In this document: piece by piece, positions 37,377-46,774 of the stretch
How positions within the stretch are numbered: the stretch's first letter is position 1
Layout: each line of letters begins with the position of its first letter
Source of the DNA: a virus
DNA: 64,000 nt
Strand: one strand, 5' to 3'
Virus record (IMG/VR): IMGVR_UViG_3300044977_000034
Location: 1 to 64,000 of that record
Translations under genes and position numbers: made by a program
Notes under the pieces: model-generated
Databases searched by the model: none
Told to the model about the DNA's origin: nothing
What the model saw: the letters and a program-made list of their open reading frames with translations, nothing else

Positions 37377-37882
37377 CGCCCGATGAACGTGGCGCGGCGC
37401 CCGTCCTTGTAAAACAGGAGCCAAGCCGCGTTGTCCTTACCGACATGGGGCGAGTCCGGAATCCACCGCACGCGACCGACAGCGACGACTCGGCGCAACC
37501 GCTTGGCGATGATGGGGCCGGACGACTTGTTGAATAGCCAATCGGCGCTCATCAAGAGCCACGTCGGCGCCTGATCGGACAAGTTTTCGATCAGAGGATG
37601 CAGCTCTTTCGGGCGGCCCCATGAGGGAGGATTCGTGATGAAGATCACTCCAGGCGCCAAATGGAGGCGATAGGAGTGAAAGCGCGCGTCAGTCGGCAGA
37701 TCGAACGCGCCGACGTTTCGATGCCCAGAAGCCTCTAGGGCGCCCGCTAGCGCCCCTTCGCCGTAGCAGGGGTCAATGAACCAAGTCCCGCGCTTGAGCC
37801 AGCGCAAGAGCGGCCTGACGGCTGCGGTGGGCGTATTGTAGAGATCTCGCGGAACCCTCTCGAACGTGGAACGCTTGCCCAT
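37373..37882 (-). CDS. Small DNA adenine methyltransferase-like protein
   Basis: D.Y.TP, DPCYGEGAL, ITNPPS. Confidence 0.7.
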   Translation of the reverse strand: MGKRSTFERVPRDLYNTPTAAVRPLLRWLKRGTWFIDPCYGEGALAGALEASGHRNVGAFDLPTDARFHSYRLHLAPGVIFITNPPSWGRPKELHPLIENLSDQAPTWLLMSADWLFNKSSGPIIAKRLRRVVAVGRVRWIPDSPHVGKDNAAWLLFYKDGRRATFIGR

Positions 37883-38068
37883 GGCCGCCTCAAAACGCGG
37901 GAAGAAACCGGAAGTGATGCCGCCAGGGCCGAATCCGGCCGCTAGCCGCCCGCTGCATATCGCGCCCTTTGGCAAGGTCTGGGCCGTCGTCGAGGGGCTA
38001 GGGGTTTTCTTCGCGAGCTGCGATCGAGCGGAGGTCGAGGCGGAGCTGGCGCGGCTCCAGGCGAAGCG

Positions 38069-38425
38069 TCAGAAGTCCCCGGACGCGCCGCCGCCGCCGG
38101 AGGAGCCGCCGCCGGGATCGATGGTCGAGGGCGGGTCCATGGGTGCCGTTGGAGCCTCAGAGGAGGCCGCTGGCGGCTCATAGGGCGTGAATGTGAACGG
38201 AGAGGGCGGATCGCTGTCCGAGGGCGCGGGCGGCCTTCTCTGGGCCTCCTGATGGCGGCGGAAGCGAGCGCGCTCCCGCTCGTAGAGCGCCTGGACGTTG
38301 TCATCGAATGTATGGCAGCGCCCGCAATAGCGCTCGCGGATGTCGTTCAGGTTCCAACTTTTCGCGCCGCACCTGGGACAGGTGAAATGATCCTTGCGCT
38401 CCCAGTGCTCCCTAAGCGTCGTCAT
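38069..38425 (-). CDS. Zn-ribbon protein
   Basis: CPRC...YCGRCH; Gly/Ser-rich tail. Confidence 0.6.
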   Translation of the reverse strand: MTTLREHWERKDHFTCPRCGAKSWNLNDIRERYCGRCHTFDDNVQALYERERARFRRHQEAQRRPPAPSDSDPPSPFTFTPYEPPAASSEAPTAPMDPPSTIDPGGGSSGGGGASGDF

Positions 38426-38766
38426 GGCAGCGTGTCCTCGAACGTCTCATGCTGGGGGCCGCGCAGCCGGATCGCCTTGGCGTTGTCGCAGAACATCAGC
38501 GAGATGCGGAGGTGGAGGTTGTTGCCGGGTCCGGCCTGATGGACAAGCCAGCCGATGCAATGGCCGTCCTGGGTCTCGTGGCACGCCATCACCGGCATCG
38601 GTTCCCCGCGCAGGAACGGCCCCAGGTCGCCCTCAATCGCGATCGTCTGCGCGAGCGCCTTATGCCTCTCGACGGTGTACCCGTTTGGGATCTCGTGCGG
38701 GTTTGTCGCCTTTCGCCAAGGGCACTTTTCGCACTGTCTTGTGCGCTTGAGCTTCCACCGTTCCAT
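38422..38766 (-). CDS. Cys-rich protein (DUF6283-like)
   Basis: C..CPWR, MACH, C.GWL. Confidence 0.6.
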   Translation of the reverse strand: MERWKLKRTRQCEKCPWRKATNPHEIPNGYTVERHKALAQTIAIEGDLGPFLRGEPMPVMACHETQDGHCIGWLVHQAGPGNNLHLRISLMFCDNAKAIRLRGPQHETFEDTLP

Positions 38767-38862
38767 GCCGACTCCGCAGATCATTGATGTAGGCCTCGAT
38801 CTCATCGATCGAGCATTGGCAATGGTCGATCGTCGCCTTCAACTTCTCGTCGTGAGGCGTCC

Positions 38863-39168
38863 TCACTGTCGGGTGCCGATAGGCGGCTCCGGCATGCTCG
38901 GCTCCGGCTGCGGCTGCTGCGGCTGCGGCTGCGGCTGAAGCGGCTCCATCGCCTTGGTGACAATCGTATGATCCATGCACCGGATGCCGCCGATCAGGTC
39001 CGTTTGCGGCCGGTTGCCGAAATGCCAACGCCACCCAACGATTCCGTTCGGGTCCACGGTGATGACGGCGAAGGCGGCGATCTTCGCGTCGTGCGCGCGC
39101 TTGAGGATCTCCTCGAACGCCTCGACGCTGCGCGGGAACGGGTGGGCCTGCTTTTGGGTCTCGTTCAT
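38863..39168 (-). CDS. Hypothetical protein
   Basis: Coupled ORF. Confidence 0.55.
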   Translation of the reverse strand: MNETQKQAHPFPRSVEAFEEILKRAHDAKIAAFAVITVDPNGIVGWRWHFGNRPQTDLIGGIRCMDHTIVTKAMEPLQPQPQPQQPQPEPSMPEPPIGTRQ

Positions 39169-39377
39169 TGTTGCGGGGTCCCTGGTATGTCAGCCTCGAT
39201 TTGATCGGCGATCGATCTCAGCATCGCGGGCAAGTTGAGCAGGACGGGAAGCGTCGTTTGACACGCGAACCCTTCGCCCTTGTCGCCGCCGATCACGATC
39301 ACGATCACGCCCGAGGCGTTGGTCGCTTTTTGAACCATCGTGGCTTGGTCGTCGTATCTGCCGGGGCCGATGGTCAT
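39165..39377 (-). CDS. Hypothetical protein
   Basis: GPGRYDD; coupled ORF. Confidence 0.6.
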   Translation of the reverse strand: MTIGPGRYDDQATMVQKATNASGVIVIVIGGDKGEGFACQTTLPVLLNLPAMLRSIADQIEADIPGTPQQ

Positions 39378-39832
39378 ACCGGGTTCTTCCCTTCCATTCG
39401 TTCCTCGAACGCGCGTTCCATTTCGGCTGGGTCCTTCTCGGCGCACGCCTTGCAGACCCACTGGCGCACGCCGTTCGCCTGTTTCTTGCCGTAGGGGCGC
39501 AGCTCTTTGAGCTTGCCGCAGTCCTGGCAGATCTCCGGCGGCAGTTCCTCAAGGACCAGAACCTTCACCTCCCCCTTGAGGGCGGCACGGAAAGCGCGGG
39601 TGCGGGCGAGCGCCTGCTTAAGGTCCGGCTCAGTCTCCAGCTCCTTCATCGCCGCTTCCGACAACTCGGCGAAACCCTCGCCGCCCCATTCCATGACGTA
39701 GGAGCAATAGCCGCAGACCATGATGGAGCCCTTCTGCGGGTCGTGCCCTTTCGGCCCGGAGATGCCATCCAGCTCCTTGCCGCAATGCAGGCAGGCGCCC
39801 TGCTTGAAACGACGGTTGTCCCACTCTTCCAT
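39374..39832 (-). CDS. Double Zn-ribbon protein
   Basis: Four CxxC motifs. Confidence 0.6.
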   Translation of the reverse strand: MEEWDNRRFKQGACLHCGKELDGISGPKGHDPQKGSIMVCGYCSYVMEWGGEGFAELSEAAMKELETEPDLKQALARTRAFRAALKGEVKVLVLEELPPEICQDCGKLKELRPYGKKQANGVRQWVCKACAEKDPAEMERAFEERMEGKNPV

Positions 39833-39834
39833 GG

Positions 39835-40071
39835 CTAATGCGCCGTATGGTGTTCACAGACGGCGCCGTCGTTCGTCTCGCCGTCGATCTGGCGCATCAC
39901 GCCCGCGAGGAACGAAACCCAACCCTCGCGGTCCCAGCCGAATACCGCCATTGGTTTCTCATGCTTGTCGAGGAGCACGGCGTTGTACGAGCCGCAGCCG
40001 CAAGGGCAGAGGCCCCACCACTGCACCTCTTCGGCTTGCGGGATGCGCTCCGGAACCAGTTTTTTGGCCAT
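39835..40071 (-). CDS. Hypothetical protein
   Basis: CPCGC; operon position. Confidence 0.55.
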   Translation of the reverse strand: MAKKLVPERIPQAEEVQWWGLCPCGCGSYNAVLLDKHEKPMAVFGWDREGWVSFLAGVMRQIDGETNDGAVCEHHTAH

Positions 40072-40072
40072 G

Positions 40073-41398
40073 TCAAAAATCCACGTCAGCTATAGGCTCC
40101 GAATCTTCGCTCTCGGGCTTTGGGCGGGGTTGCGTGTCCGGAAACGCACGCAAAGGTTTGCCGGTGAAGTACACGAACGTCTTCCCGTCGTGGCGGACGA
40201 CGCCCAGGATGCCGAGCGCTTCCAAATCCTCGCGCATTCTTTGAATCCGCTTCTTCATTGTCTCGCGCCAGCGCCGATCAGCGATCTCCGCCTCCGCCGT
40301 CGTTTGCTGGTCCGGAGTCAGGGCGTCGGACGGGCTCTTGTCGGCAAAGAGACGTTTCACATCCTCCCACGGGGCGAGAGAACGGACAGAGGCGGCCAAG
40401 GAGACCTCTCGCGGAACCGGCGTGCCATATCGGCGCTCCGCGTCAAAAAACGACGCCATAAACAGCTCTTGAGTTTTGTTGAGGCGGAAGCCCTTCAGCT
40501 CCTCCTCGCGGCGCACGGCGTCCTTCTCGCCCACCGGCAGACAGATGCAGCTCGTGATCTTCTCGCCGTCCTCATCGACGCCGATCACCACTTGCATCAG
40601 CTCGAATTTCATCGTCCGCCCGTCTTCGTCATCCTTTTGCTTGTCGAGCTTGACGGTCCTGATTCCGGTCTCCTCGTCTCTCTCCACCAGCATCACTTGG
40701 CCGACGTTGGCGTAGACCGAGGTGTGGCCACGTAACTTTCCGCCCGCCGCATTGAGGTGATGCACGAGCATGACGTGGCAGCCGCACTTATCGCTGATGC
40801 GCGCGACGTTCCCGAGAACGGTCGACATGTCGCGGCCCGAGTTTTCATCGGCTCCAGGCGTTGCGGTCGCGAGCGTGTCGATAACCACGAGCCTCAAAGG
40901 GTCCTCGAACACTTTGGCGTGGGCCAGGATCTCGGCGATCAGCGAGTCGACCTCTTCGGTCGAATGATAGATGTCGATTGGCCGCTGGAGGAGGACGAAC
41001 GGCGTCTCGCGGGTCCAGACCCTGCCGTGATGTTGGCGCCATGCGCGCAGGCGTTTTTTGACTCCCGTCGCCCCCTCGCCTGCCTGATAGACCACTGAGC
41101 CGTGCTTGACCTTGAGCCCGAAGAGCGGGCGCGCCTCCGCGACGCACAGCCCGGTTTCGAGCGCGAGAAATGACTTGCCCGAGCGTGAGGCCCCGGCGAG
41201 GACGCTGACCTCGTTGGCGGCGAGCCAACCCTGCACCAACCAGTTGTGCTCCGGGCCGGGATTGTCGAGTTCGTCCAAGTAGAGGGCTCCAAACTTGCTC
41301 TTCACCGGCTGGTCGAAGATCCAGGCGATGCGGTTGAGGAAGTCATCACCGGATTCGATGCCTACCGGGTGCTCAAGAATCGCCGGAAAAGCGGTCAT
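40073..41398 (-). CDS. RepA-like (AAA_25) replicative helicase
   Basis: GASRSGKS, VVIDT, DEN, VHH...RG; likely start at 41398. Confidence 0.88.
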   Translation of the reverse strand: MTAFPAILEHPVGIESGDDFLNRIAWIFDQPVKSKFGALYLDELDNPGPEHNWLVQGWLAANEVSVLAGASRSGKSFLALETGLCVAEARPLFGLKVKHGSVVYQAGEGATGVKKRLRAWRQHHGRVWTRETPFVLLQRPIDIYHSTEEVDSLIAEILAHAKVFEDPLRLVVIDTLATATPGADENSGRDMSTVLGNVARISDKCGCHVMLVHHLNAAGGKLRGHTSVYANVGQVMLVERDEETGIRTVKLDKQKDDEDGRTMKFELMQVVIGVDEDGEKITSCICLPVGEKDAVRREEELKGFRLNKTQELFMASFFDAERRYGTPVPREVSLAASVRSLAPWEDVKRLFADKSPSDALTPDQQTTAEAEIADRRWRETMKKRIQRMREDLEALGILGVVRHDGKTFVYFTGKPLRAFPDTQPRPKPESEDSEPIADVDF

Positions 41399-41414
41399 GA
41401 GCCTACCCCGGCAT

Positions 41415-41429
41415 TTGCAGTTCGTGCAA
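41415..41429. promoter_or_regulatory. TTGCA-N5-TGCAA operator between primase and helicase
   Basis: Identical to the copies at 9799 and 54610. Confidence 0.6.
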
Positions 41430-41435
41430 GTCGCA

Positions 41436-42632
41436 TCAACGGCCCTCCTCCAGCAAGAGCTGGTTGTAGTCTTTGCCGGTCGGCGGCCAGCTAATCTCGA
41501 CGTTGAGTTCCTGCGCCTTGAAACGACGCACCGCGACCGCGAGAACGCCTGCCGTGGCGTAGCTCTCCGAGTCGGTGTCCGCGATGATGATGACGGAGCG
41601 GATGCCCTGCGGCAGGATGAGGCCTGGAGCCTTTGGGTCCGGCAGGCCGTTGGGCATGCGCCTGGGGCGCCCTTCCGGGTCGACGAGGGTCTTGTGGGCA
41701 ATGTTGCCGGTGGCGCGCCCCGCTAGGTTGCCCAGGTCGACCGCCGCCGCCAGCATGACCTCTTCAGGCCCAAGCCCGAGCTGGTGCCAAGCCAGGGCGT
41801 TCTCCCAGCCCTCCGCTATCGCGATCGTCTCGGCAGGCCGCCCCAGGCGGATCATGCCGCCGTGCTTCTTGCCCCGGATCTTCTTCGGGCTGTTTCGCGG
41901 GCTCCCGGTGGGTTGCCATTTTCGGGGCTCGTTGGGGTCGAGGTAGGTCTGCGAGATGCCGATGACCTCGCCCAGCGCGTCGCGGATAATCGCGATCAGC
42001 GCGGGGACGCTGGCGAGGAGGACCGGCTCGTTCGAGCCATTGTCCCCGGCGCCCCAGTAATCGAGAGCGGTCACGAATCGTAAGTCGCCCGTGAGCCAGC
42101 GCGGCGGGGTCAGCCCGCGTGTTTCGCGCATGTAGCGATCGGCGTGGGTTGTCCCATCGAGCGGCTTGGCGCGCTTGATGATGTCGGAGACCTTGGCCTC
42201 GTCCGCCGCCGCCTTGGCCTCCAGGGCGGCCCGCTCGTCCGCCTCGCGCTTGGCATATTCGGTCGCCAGCGCGGCGTGCCGTTGCTCCCGCTTCTTCCGC
42301 TCTTCGGCGCTCTCATCGCGGGTCCGGTCCGGGCGCGGCGTGCCGGTGATTCGCTCTACCGCCTCGATGAAGTCACAGCCGATGACGTGCATCACGAGAT
42401 TGATGGCGTCGCCCGCGCCATACGAGCCTTCGCCCGAGCCTCGGCAGTTAAAGATGCGCTTCTGTTGGTTTACGGCGAAGCGGTCTCGGCCGCCGCAGAT
42501 CGGGCAGGGGCCGATCCACTCATGGCCCTCTCTTTTGAGGTGGGCGCCATGCTCGACCGCGACGTCGTGGATGTCCCGCGTGCGGGCGACCGCGATCCAA
42601 TTCTCCCATTCTGCTCGACTTGCACGCGCCAT
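41436..42632 (-). CDS. DNA primase (Zn-binding plus Toprim)
   Basis: GPCPICGGRDRF, FNCRG, IAEG.E, ADTD. Confidence 0.85.
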   Translation of the reverse strand: MARASRAEWENWIAVARTRDIHDVAVEHGAHLKREGHEWIGPCPICGGRDRFAVNQQKRIFNCRGSGEGSYGAGDAINLVMHVIGCDFIEAVERITGTPRPDRTRDESAEERKKREQRHAALATEYAKREADERAALEAKAAADEAKVSDIIKRAKPLDGTTHADRYMRETRGLTPPRWLTGDLRFVTALDYWGAGDNGSNEPVLLASVPALIAIIRDALGEVIGISQTYLDPNEPRKWQPTGSPRNSPKKIRGKKHGGMIRLGRPAETIAIAEGWENALAWHQLGLGPEEVMLAAAVDLGNLAGRATGNIAHKTLVDPEGRPRRMPNGLPDPKAPGLILPQGIRSVIIIADTDSESYATAGVLAVAVRRFKAQELNVEISWPPTGKDYNQLLLEEGR

Positions 42633-42692
42633 TCGCTCGGTCCGCCTTCCGAATTGGGCGCTAAATTCAACGTCTGGTTCGTCGCAGCATCC

Positions 42693-43001
42693 TCACTGGA
42701 ACGCCGAGGTAAATGTCGCCATCGCCTGCTTGGCGATCGTCCTCACCCACTCTGGGCGCGGGTGCTTCTCATCGACGTTCTGCCATGCGCCGACAATGTG
42801 CGTGAATACGTCCGCCGCCGCCTCCATGGCGATCAGGCGCTTGAGGTGCTCCTTGCCCTCCTTGCTCTGGCAGTACAGGAAGGAATTGGCCTCAAAGCCG
42901 GTGCGCAGCCCATAGGCGCGCTCGATGAGCACATCGCGGATGAAGCAGAGCATGCGCTCGCGCTTCTCGTCCTTGGCGTCGATGACGGGCGCGTCGGTCA
43001 T
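42693..43001 (-). CDS. Hypothetical protein
   Basis: ATGA coupling, GGAGG SD. Confidence 0.55.
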   Translation of the reverse strand: MTDAPVIDAKDEKRERMLCFIRDVLIERAYGLRTGFEANSFLYCQSKEGKEHLKRLIAMEAAADVFTHIVGAWQNVDEKHPRPEWVRTIAKQAMATFTSAFQ

Positions 43002-43552
43002 GCGGCCCGCCTCCGGAACGGAACGACCTCGACGCATTGTTTGTGCATAAGCTTGGAGATCAGCGGCGCTTGGCCGTGGGCGAGGCTGGCGAACCAGAAC
43101 AGGCAGCCCGCGTCCGCCTCATCGTCGTTCTGCGGATTCCAGCCGAGCAACCGGCACATCGCGCGCGAGCGCCGCTTGGCGACGTCGCGCTTGAGCCCGC
43201 CATGGCCCAAAAACCCCTTGCGGGCGGTCGTGATCCTGACGGGGTGCACCGGCACGCCCTTGAGGCGCGCGGCAGAGCCAATGATCATGTAAAGGCCGTT
43301 AAGCCGCACGCGGGACGCGGCGCTCGATTGGCCTTCCTTCCCCCCAAACGCCATCGGCTCCTCCATCCAGATTTCGTCCGGGCGATCATCAGTCAGCCGA
43401 TGGGCGATCCATCTCAAGGCCCGAGCGCCCACCTCCAGCTGGTTGTCCCCGATATCCCCAAAGTGAACAGTTTCGAGTCGTGGCTTCTCCCCCGCCTCGC
43501 CGGAAGCGAGGCCGCACTGCGTTGCCGCATCGATGGCGAGGATCTTGGGCAT
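42998..43552 (-). CDS. RuvC-like Holliday junction resolvase
   Basis: ILAID, MEEP, NDDEADA. Confidence 0.75.
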   Translation of the reverse strand: MPKILAIDAATQCGLASGEAGEKPRLETVHFGDIGDNQLEVGARALRWIAHRLTDDRPDEIWMEEPMAFGGKEGQSSAASRVRLNGLYMIIGSAARLKGVPVHPVRITTARKGFLGHGGLKRDVAKRRSRAMCRLLGWNPQNDDEADAGCLFWFASLAHGQAPLISKLMHKQCVEVVPFRRRAA

Positions 43553-43563
43553 GGTCGGCCGCC

Positions 43564-44013
43564 TTATTCGGCGGCGGCGGCATCTTCTTCGGGCGCCGGA
43601 TCTTCCTCGCGCACCAGCTCATCGATGGGATCGCGCCGCTTCTTGCGCGGGCGCGGCGCGCTAGCCGTCCTGGCCGCATCCATGGCGGCCTTGCCGAGCG
43701 GGGAATCGGCGAACGTCCCGAGGTGGAGCTGGAGCCTGTCGAGGGCCGTCTGGGTGACCTCGTCCAGCTCGTTTTCGAGCAGCTCCATCTTGCGCACATA
43801 TTCGCGCTGCTTCACGCCCACCTTCAACGCTTTTTTGTCGAAACCCTTGGTTTTGACGGCGTCTTCGATGGTGTCCTTGATGGCTTCATGAAGGGGTTTG
43901 CAGCGGTTCATATAGAGGGATTTTTCGGCCCTCAGATCGGCCATGTAGCCTTCGATGGCGTGGACGACGTTTTCGGTTTCCTCTTGCGTCGGCCCATTCG
44001 GTCGCTCGGTCAT
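43564..44013 (-). CDS. GapR/DUF2312-like DNA-binding protein
   Basis: IKD...A...GFD.KALK..V..R; LG.FADSPLG. Confidence 0.55.
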   Translation of the reverse strand: MTERPNGPTQEETENVVHAIEGYMADLRAEKSLYMNRCKPLHEAIKDTIEDAVKTKGFDKKALKVGVKQREYVRKMELLENELDEVTQTALDRLQLHLGTFADSPLGKAAMDAARTASAPRPRKKRRDPIDELVREEDPAPEEDAAAAE

Positions 44014-44237
44014 ACTGCCTCCTTGGCATCGGGTTTCGACTGGGAGGAGACAGCAAACATCAGATCGCTAATGTCGACTTCGCCCTCGGTCGCCTCAATG
44101 ATTTTAATGAGGTTTTGGCGCTTGGGGATCGTCGCGCCCGAGAGCAGTCGATAGATCGTGGTTGGATGGACGCCCACCTTCGCCGCGAATTGCTCGGGAT
44201 TCATTTCGTGGCTAGCTAGATATTCGCTCAAGCGCAT
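44010..44237 (-). CDS. Cro-like HTH regulator (probably leaderless)
   Basis: MRLSEYL...FA.KVGV...TIYR...G...P. Confidence 0.8.
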   Translation of the reverse strand: MRLSEYLASHEMNPEQFAAKVGVHPTTIYRLLSGATIPKRQNLIKIIEATEGEVDISDLMFAVSSQSKPDAKEAV

Positions 44238-44243
44238 CCGCCT

Positions 44244-44306
44244 ACGATAGCGCGAGTTGCGGTCGATGCAAATTCCCACTTGCTTCTCATCTTGCAGATC
44301 GTGCAA
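44244..44306 (-). promoter_or_regulatory. Promoter of the cro-like gene with two operators
   Basis: TTGCAT-16-TATCGT six nt before the ATG; operators at 44257-44271 and 44292-44306. Confidence 0.65.
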
Positions 44307-44465
44307 GATTGAGTCGCCCATCGATCAGCGGTTCGGCCGATTCGAGCGCTGTCGTCGGGAACGGCAAGCGAAGTAGGCCGCTAAGGCGCGCGCCAACCGC
44401 CGATCGGTCCACGGGAGGTCGGGGGGCGGCCCCAGTCAGGGTCGTCCCCCGCAGGAGTCGAAAAC

Positions 44466-44954
44466 ATGAGATATCGCATTCAAGTTTTGGTCGATAGCGA
44501 TCGTCTGCCAGCCGTCATCGAGGCCGCCTTCGGTGGCGAGCTGGGCTATGACCCCGAGCTGAAGGTCTGGCCTGCGTCGCAGCCGGAGACGCCGCAAAAT
44601 GCGGCCTACGCAGCCACGCGGAGGATGATCGACAGGAACCTCTACAAGGCGCCGGAGAGGCCGAAAGACCACTCGCAAGTCGGCGGCGTTCACCGCGAGA
44701 CGCTCCTCGCCCAAAGGGCGGCGCGGAGCCGCTACAGCAAGCCAAACATGCGCGCCGAGTTGGTCGAGGCGGCGCTGAAGACGGGGCCGAAACGCTGGAG
44801 CGATCTAAGGACGGCCCTCGCGACGGGCGGGCTCTCCGAATCGTCGCTGAACAGCTTGATCAGCAAGTGGCAGAAAGCGGGCAAGATCGTCCGGCAGGAC
44901 GGTGGCCTCTGGAGCTTGACCTATGCGGAAGCGCAAAAAGCGCATGCTGGATGA
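44466..44954 (+). CDS. Hypothetical protein, possible C-terminal winged helix
   Basis: GGAGTCGAA leader. Confidence 0.65.
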   Translation: MRYRIQVLVDSDRLPAVIEAAFGGELGYDPELKVWPASQPETPQNAAYAATRRMIDRNLYKAPERPKDHSQVGGVHRETLLAQRAARSRYSKPNMRAELVEAALKTGPKRWSDLRTALATGGLSESSLNSLISKWQKAGKIVRQDGGLWSLTYAEAQKAHAG

Positions 44955-45348
44955 CTTTCCGGATCTGGAATGGCTCGGCCAGTACATCCTCGGCGGCGAG
45001 GACGGGCATACGCCGGTCCCCTGCTACAGCCTGCACAAATGGGGCAGATGGCTGGAGGAGAAGGTCGAGCATCGGAGCCTCTGGTGGACCGGCAATGAGA
45101 CCAAGTGGGTCTCGACGGTCTTCCTTGGCCTCGATCATCAGCATTGGCGCGGCCCGCCGCTTCTCTTTGAGACCATGGCATTCGTCCACGAGGGCCGAAT
45201 GATGGACCTCGGCAACGGTCCGCAGCCAGTCCCCGAGACCCTCTGCCAAGAGCGCTACAGCTCTTGGGACGATGCGGAAATAGGGCATCGGTCGGCGGTC
45301 CGGAAATATCTCGTCAACCAAAAGACCCGCGCGGTGAAGGCAGAATGA
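44944..45348 (+). CDS. Conserved phage protein
   Basis: VSTVFLGLDH...P.LFETM.F...RY.SW..A..GH. Confidence 0.7.
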   Translation: MLDDFPDLEWLGQYILGGEDGHTPVPCYSLHKWGRWLEEKVEHRSLWWTGNETKWVSTVFLGLDHQHWRGPPLLFETMAFVHEGRMMDLGNGPQPVPETLCQERYSSWDDAEIGHRSAVRKYLVNQKTRAVKAE

Positions 45349-45836
45349 TCGGGCGACAATTCGGAAGGCTCCAAGTCATTGGGCTTCGGAGCGACGGAAG
45401 GCGCATTCTCGCGGTTTGCCGCTGTGACTGCGGCGGGCAAAAAGAGACGCGGCGGGATGCTTTGGCATCCGGAGCCACACGATCATGCGGATGTTTAAAC
45501 AGAGAGCTGTCAACGGCGAGAGCAATCCGCGCTGGAGAAACAAACCGAAAGCATGGGGAAAGCTGGCCGCCCACGAAGGAATATAAGGCGTGGCAGTCGA
45601 TGTGGCAGCGATGCGGCAACCCAAAAAACGCGAAATATGACCTCTATGGCGGTTGCGGAATCACAGTCTGCGAACGCTGGCGCGAGTACGGCAACTTCCT
45701 CGCGGCCCTCGGCCGCGCGCCGTCACCTACGCATTCGCTTGATCGTTGGCCTAATCCAAGCGGGAATTACGAGCCAGGGAACGTTCGCTGGGCGACGGCG
45801 GAGGAACAGCGCGCGAACAGGAGGGACGCGCAGTGA
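45345..45836 (+). CDS. HNH-type endonuclease
   Basis: FGRL, CRCDCG, SCGC, YGG.GI.VC.RW, SLDR...GNYEPGN.RWAT. Confidence 0.85.
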   Translation: MIGRQFGRLQVIGLRSDGRRILAVCRCDCGGQKETRRDALASGATRSCGCLNRELSTARAIRAGETNRKHGESWPPTKEYKAWQSMWQRCGNPKNAKYDLYGGCGITVCERWREYGNFLAALGRAPSPTHSLDRWPNPSGNYEPGNVRWATAEEQRANRRDAQ

Positions 45837-46774
45837 TCCATTCCGCGCCAATCGGAAGTCGCGAGCAATGGCTTGCGCGCCGCCGCCTCAACGTCAACGC
45901 CTCTGAGGCCGCCGCGCTATTCGGACCCGACATCCACCCATATCTGAGCCCGTTTAAGCTCTGGGCGCTCAAGAGCGGCAAGCTCCCCGATCAGGAGGAC
46001 AGCCCGATCCTCCAGCGCGGGCGCAAGTTCGAGCCGGTCGTCATCGAGATCCTCAAGGAGGACTATCCCGACTGGCACCTTAGCCCAGCCAACGTCTATT
46101 ACTGGGACGATTCGACGAGGATCGGCGCCACGCCCGACGTCTACGCCACCCGGCCTGCCGACTACGGCCGAGGGACGGTACAGATCAAAACCGTCGGCCA
46201 GTTCGCGTTCAAGCGCCGCTGGCATGACGAACACGGGAACATCGCGGTGCCCACCTGGGTGGCCGTCCAGGCCAGCGTCGAGGCCTATCTGATCGGGGCG
46301 TCATGGGCTGGCGTGGCGGCGATGAAGCTCGGGGACGGCGGCATCGAGATCGCCTACATCGACATCCCGCTCAAGCCTCACCTGATCCACAAGATCGAGG
46401 ATCTGACCGGCGAGTTCTGGCGCCGGGTGCAGGCCGACGAGCCCTATGACCCGGACTTCGGCCGCGACCGCAAAGTGATCTTCGACCTGTACGCGGAAGG
46501 CTCCGGGCCGATCATCGACCTCACTGACGACGCCGAGTTCCGCGAGATCCTGGCCGAGCGCGCGCAGTTCAAGCAAGTCGAGAAGGCGGGCACCAACGCG
46601 GCCGAGGAGCGCAAGATTCTCGACGCCCGGATCATCCAGAAGCTCGGCAATGCTCCGGCCGCGCGCAGCGGCGCGCGCTTGGTGACGGTCAGAGTGGTTA
46701 AAAAGAAAGCCTACCAAGTGAAGGCCACGCAATATCCGCAAGTGACCGTGAAAGGGGCCGATGATGGCGACTGA
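45833..46774 (+). CDS. YqaJ/lambda-exonuclease-like recombination nuclease
   Basis: WL..R...ASE, G..FEP, ATPD, QIKT. Confidence 0.85.
   Translation: MIHSAPIGSREQWLARRRLNVNASEAAALFGPDIHPYLSPFKLWALKSGKLPDQEDSPILQRGRKFEPVVIEILKEDYPDWHLSPANVYYWDDSTRIGATPDVYATRPADYGRGTVQIKTVGQFAFKRRWHDEHGNIAVPTWVAVQASVEAYLIGASWAGVAAMKLGDGGIEIAYIDIPLKPHLIHKIEDLTGEFWRRVQADEPYDPDFGRDRKVIFDLYAEGSGPIIDLTDDAEFREILAERAQFKQVEKAGTNAAEERKILDARIIQKLGNAPAARSGARLVTVRVVKKKAYQVKATQYPQVTVKGADDGD

Noticed and set aside
41399-41701. N-terminal extension of the helicase given in the ORF track
   Set aside because: Overlaps the primase and the operator; ATG at 41398 is more plausible
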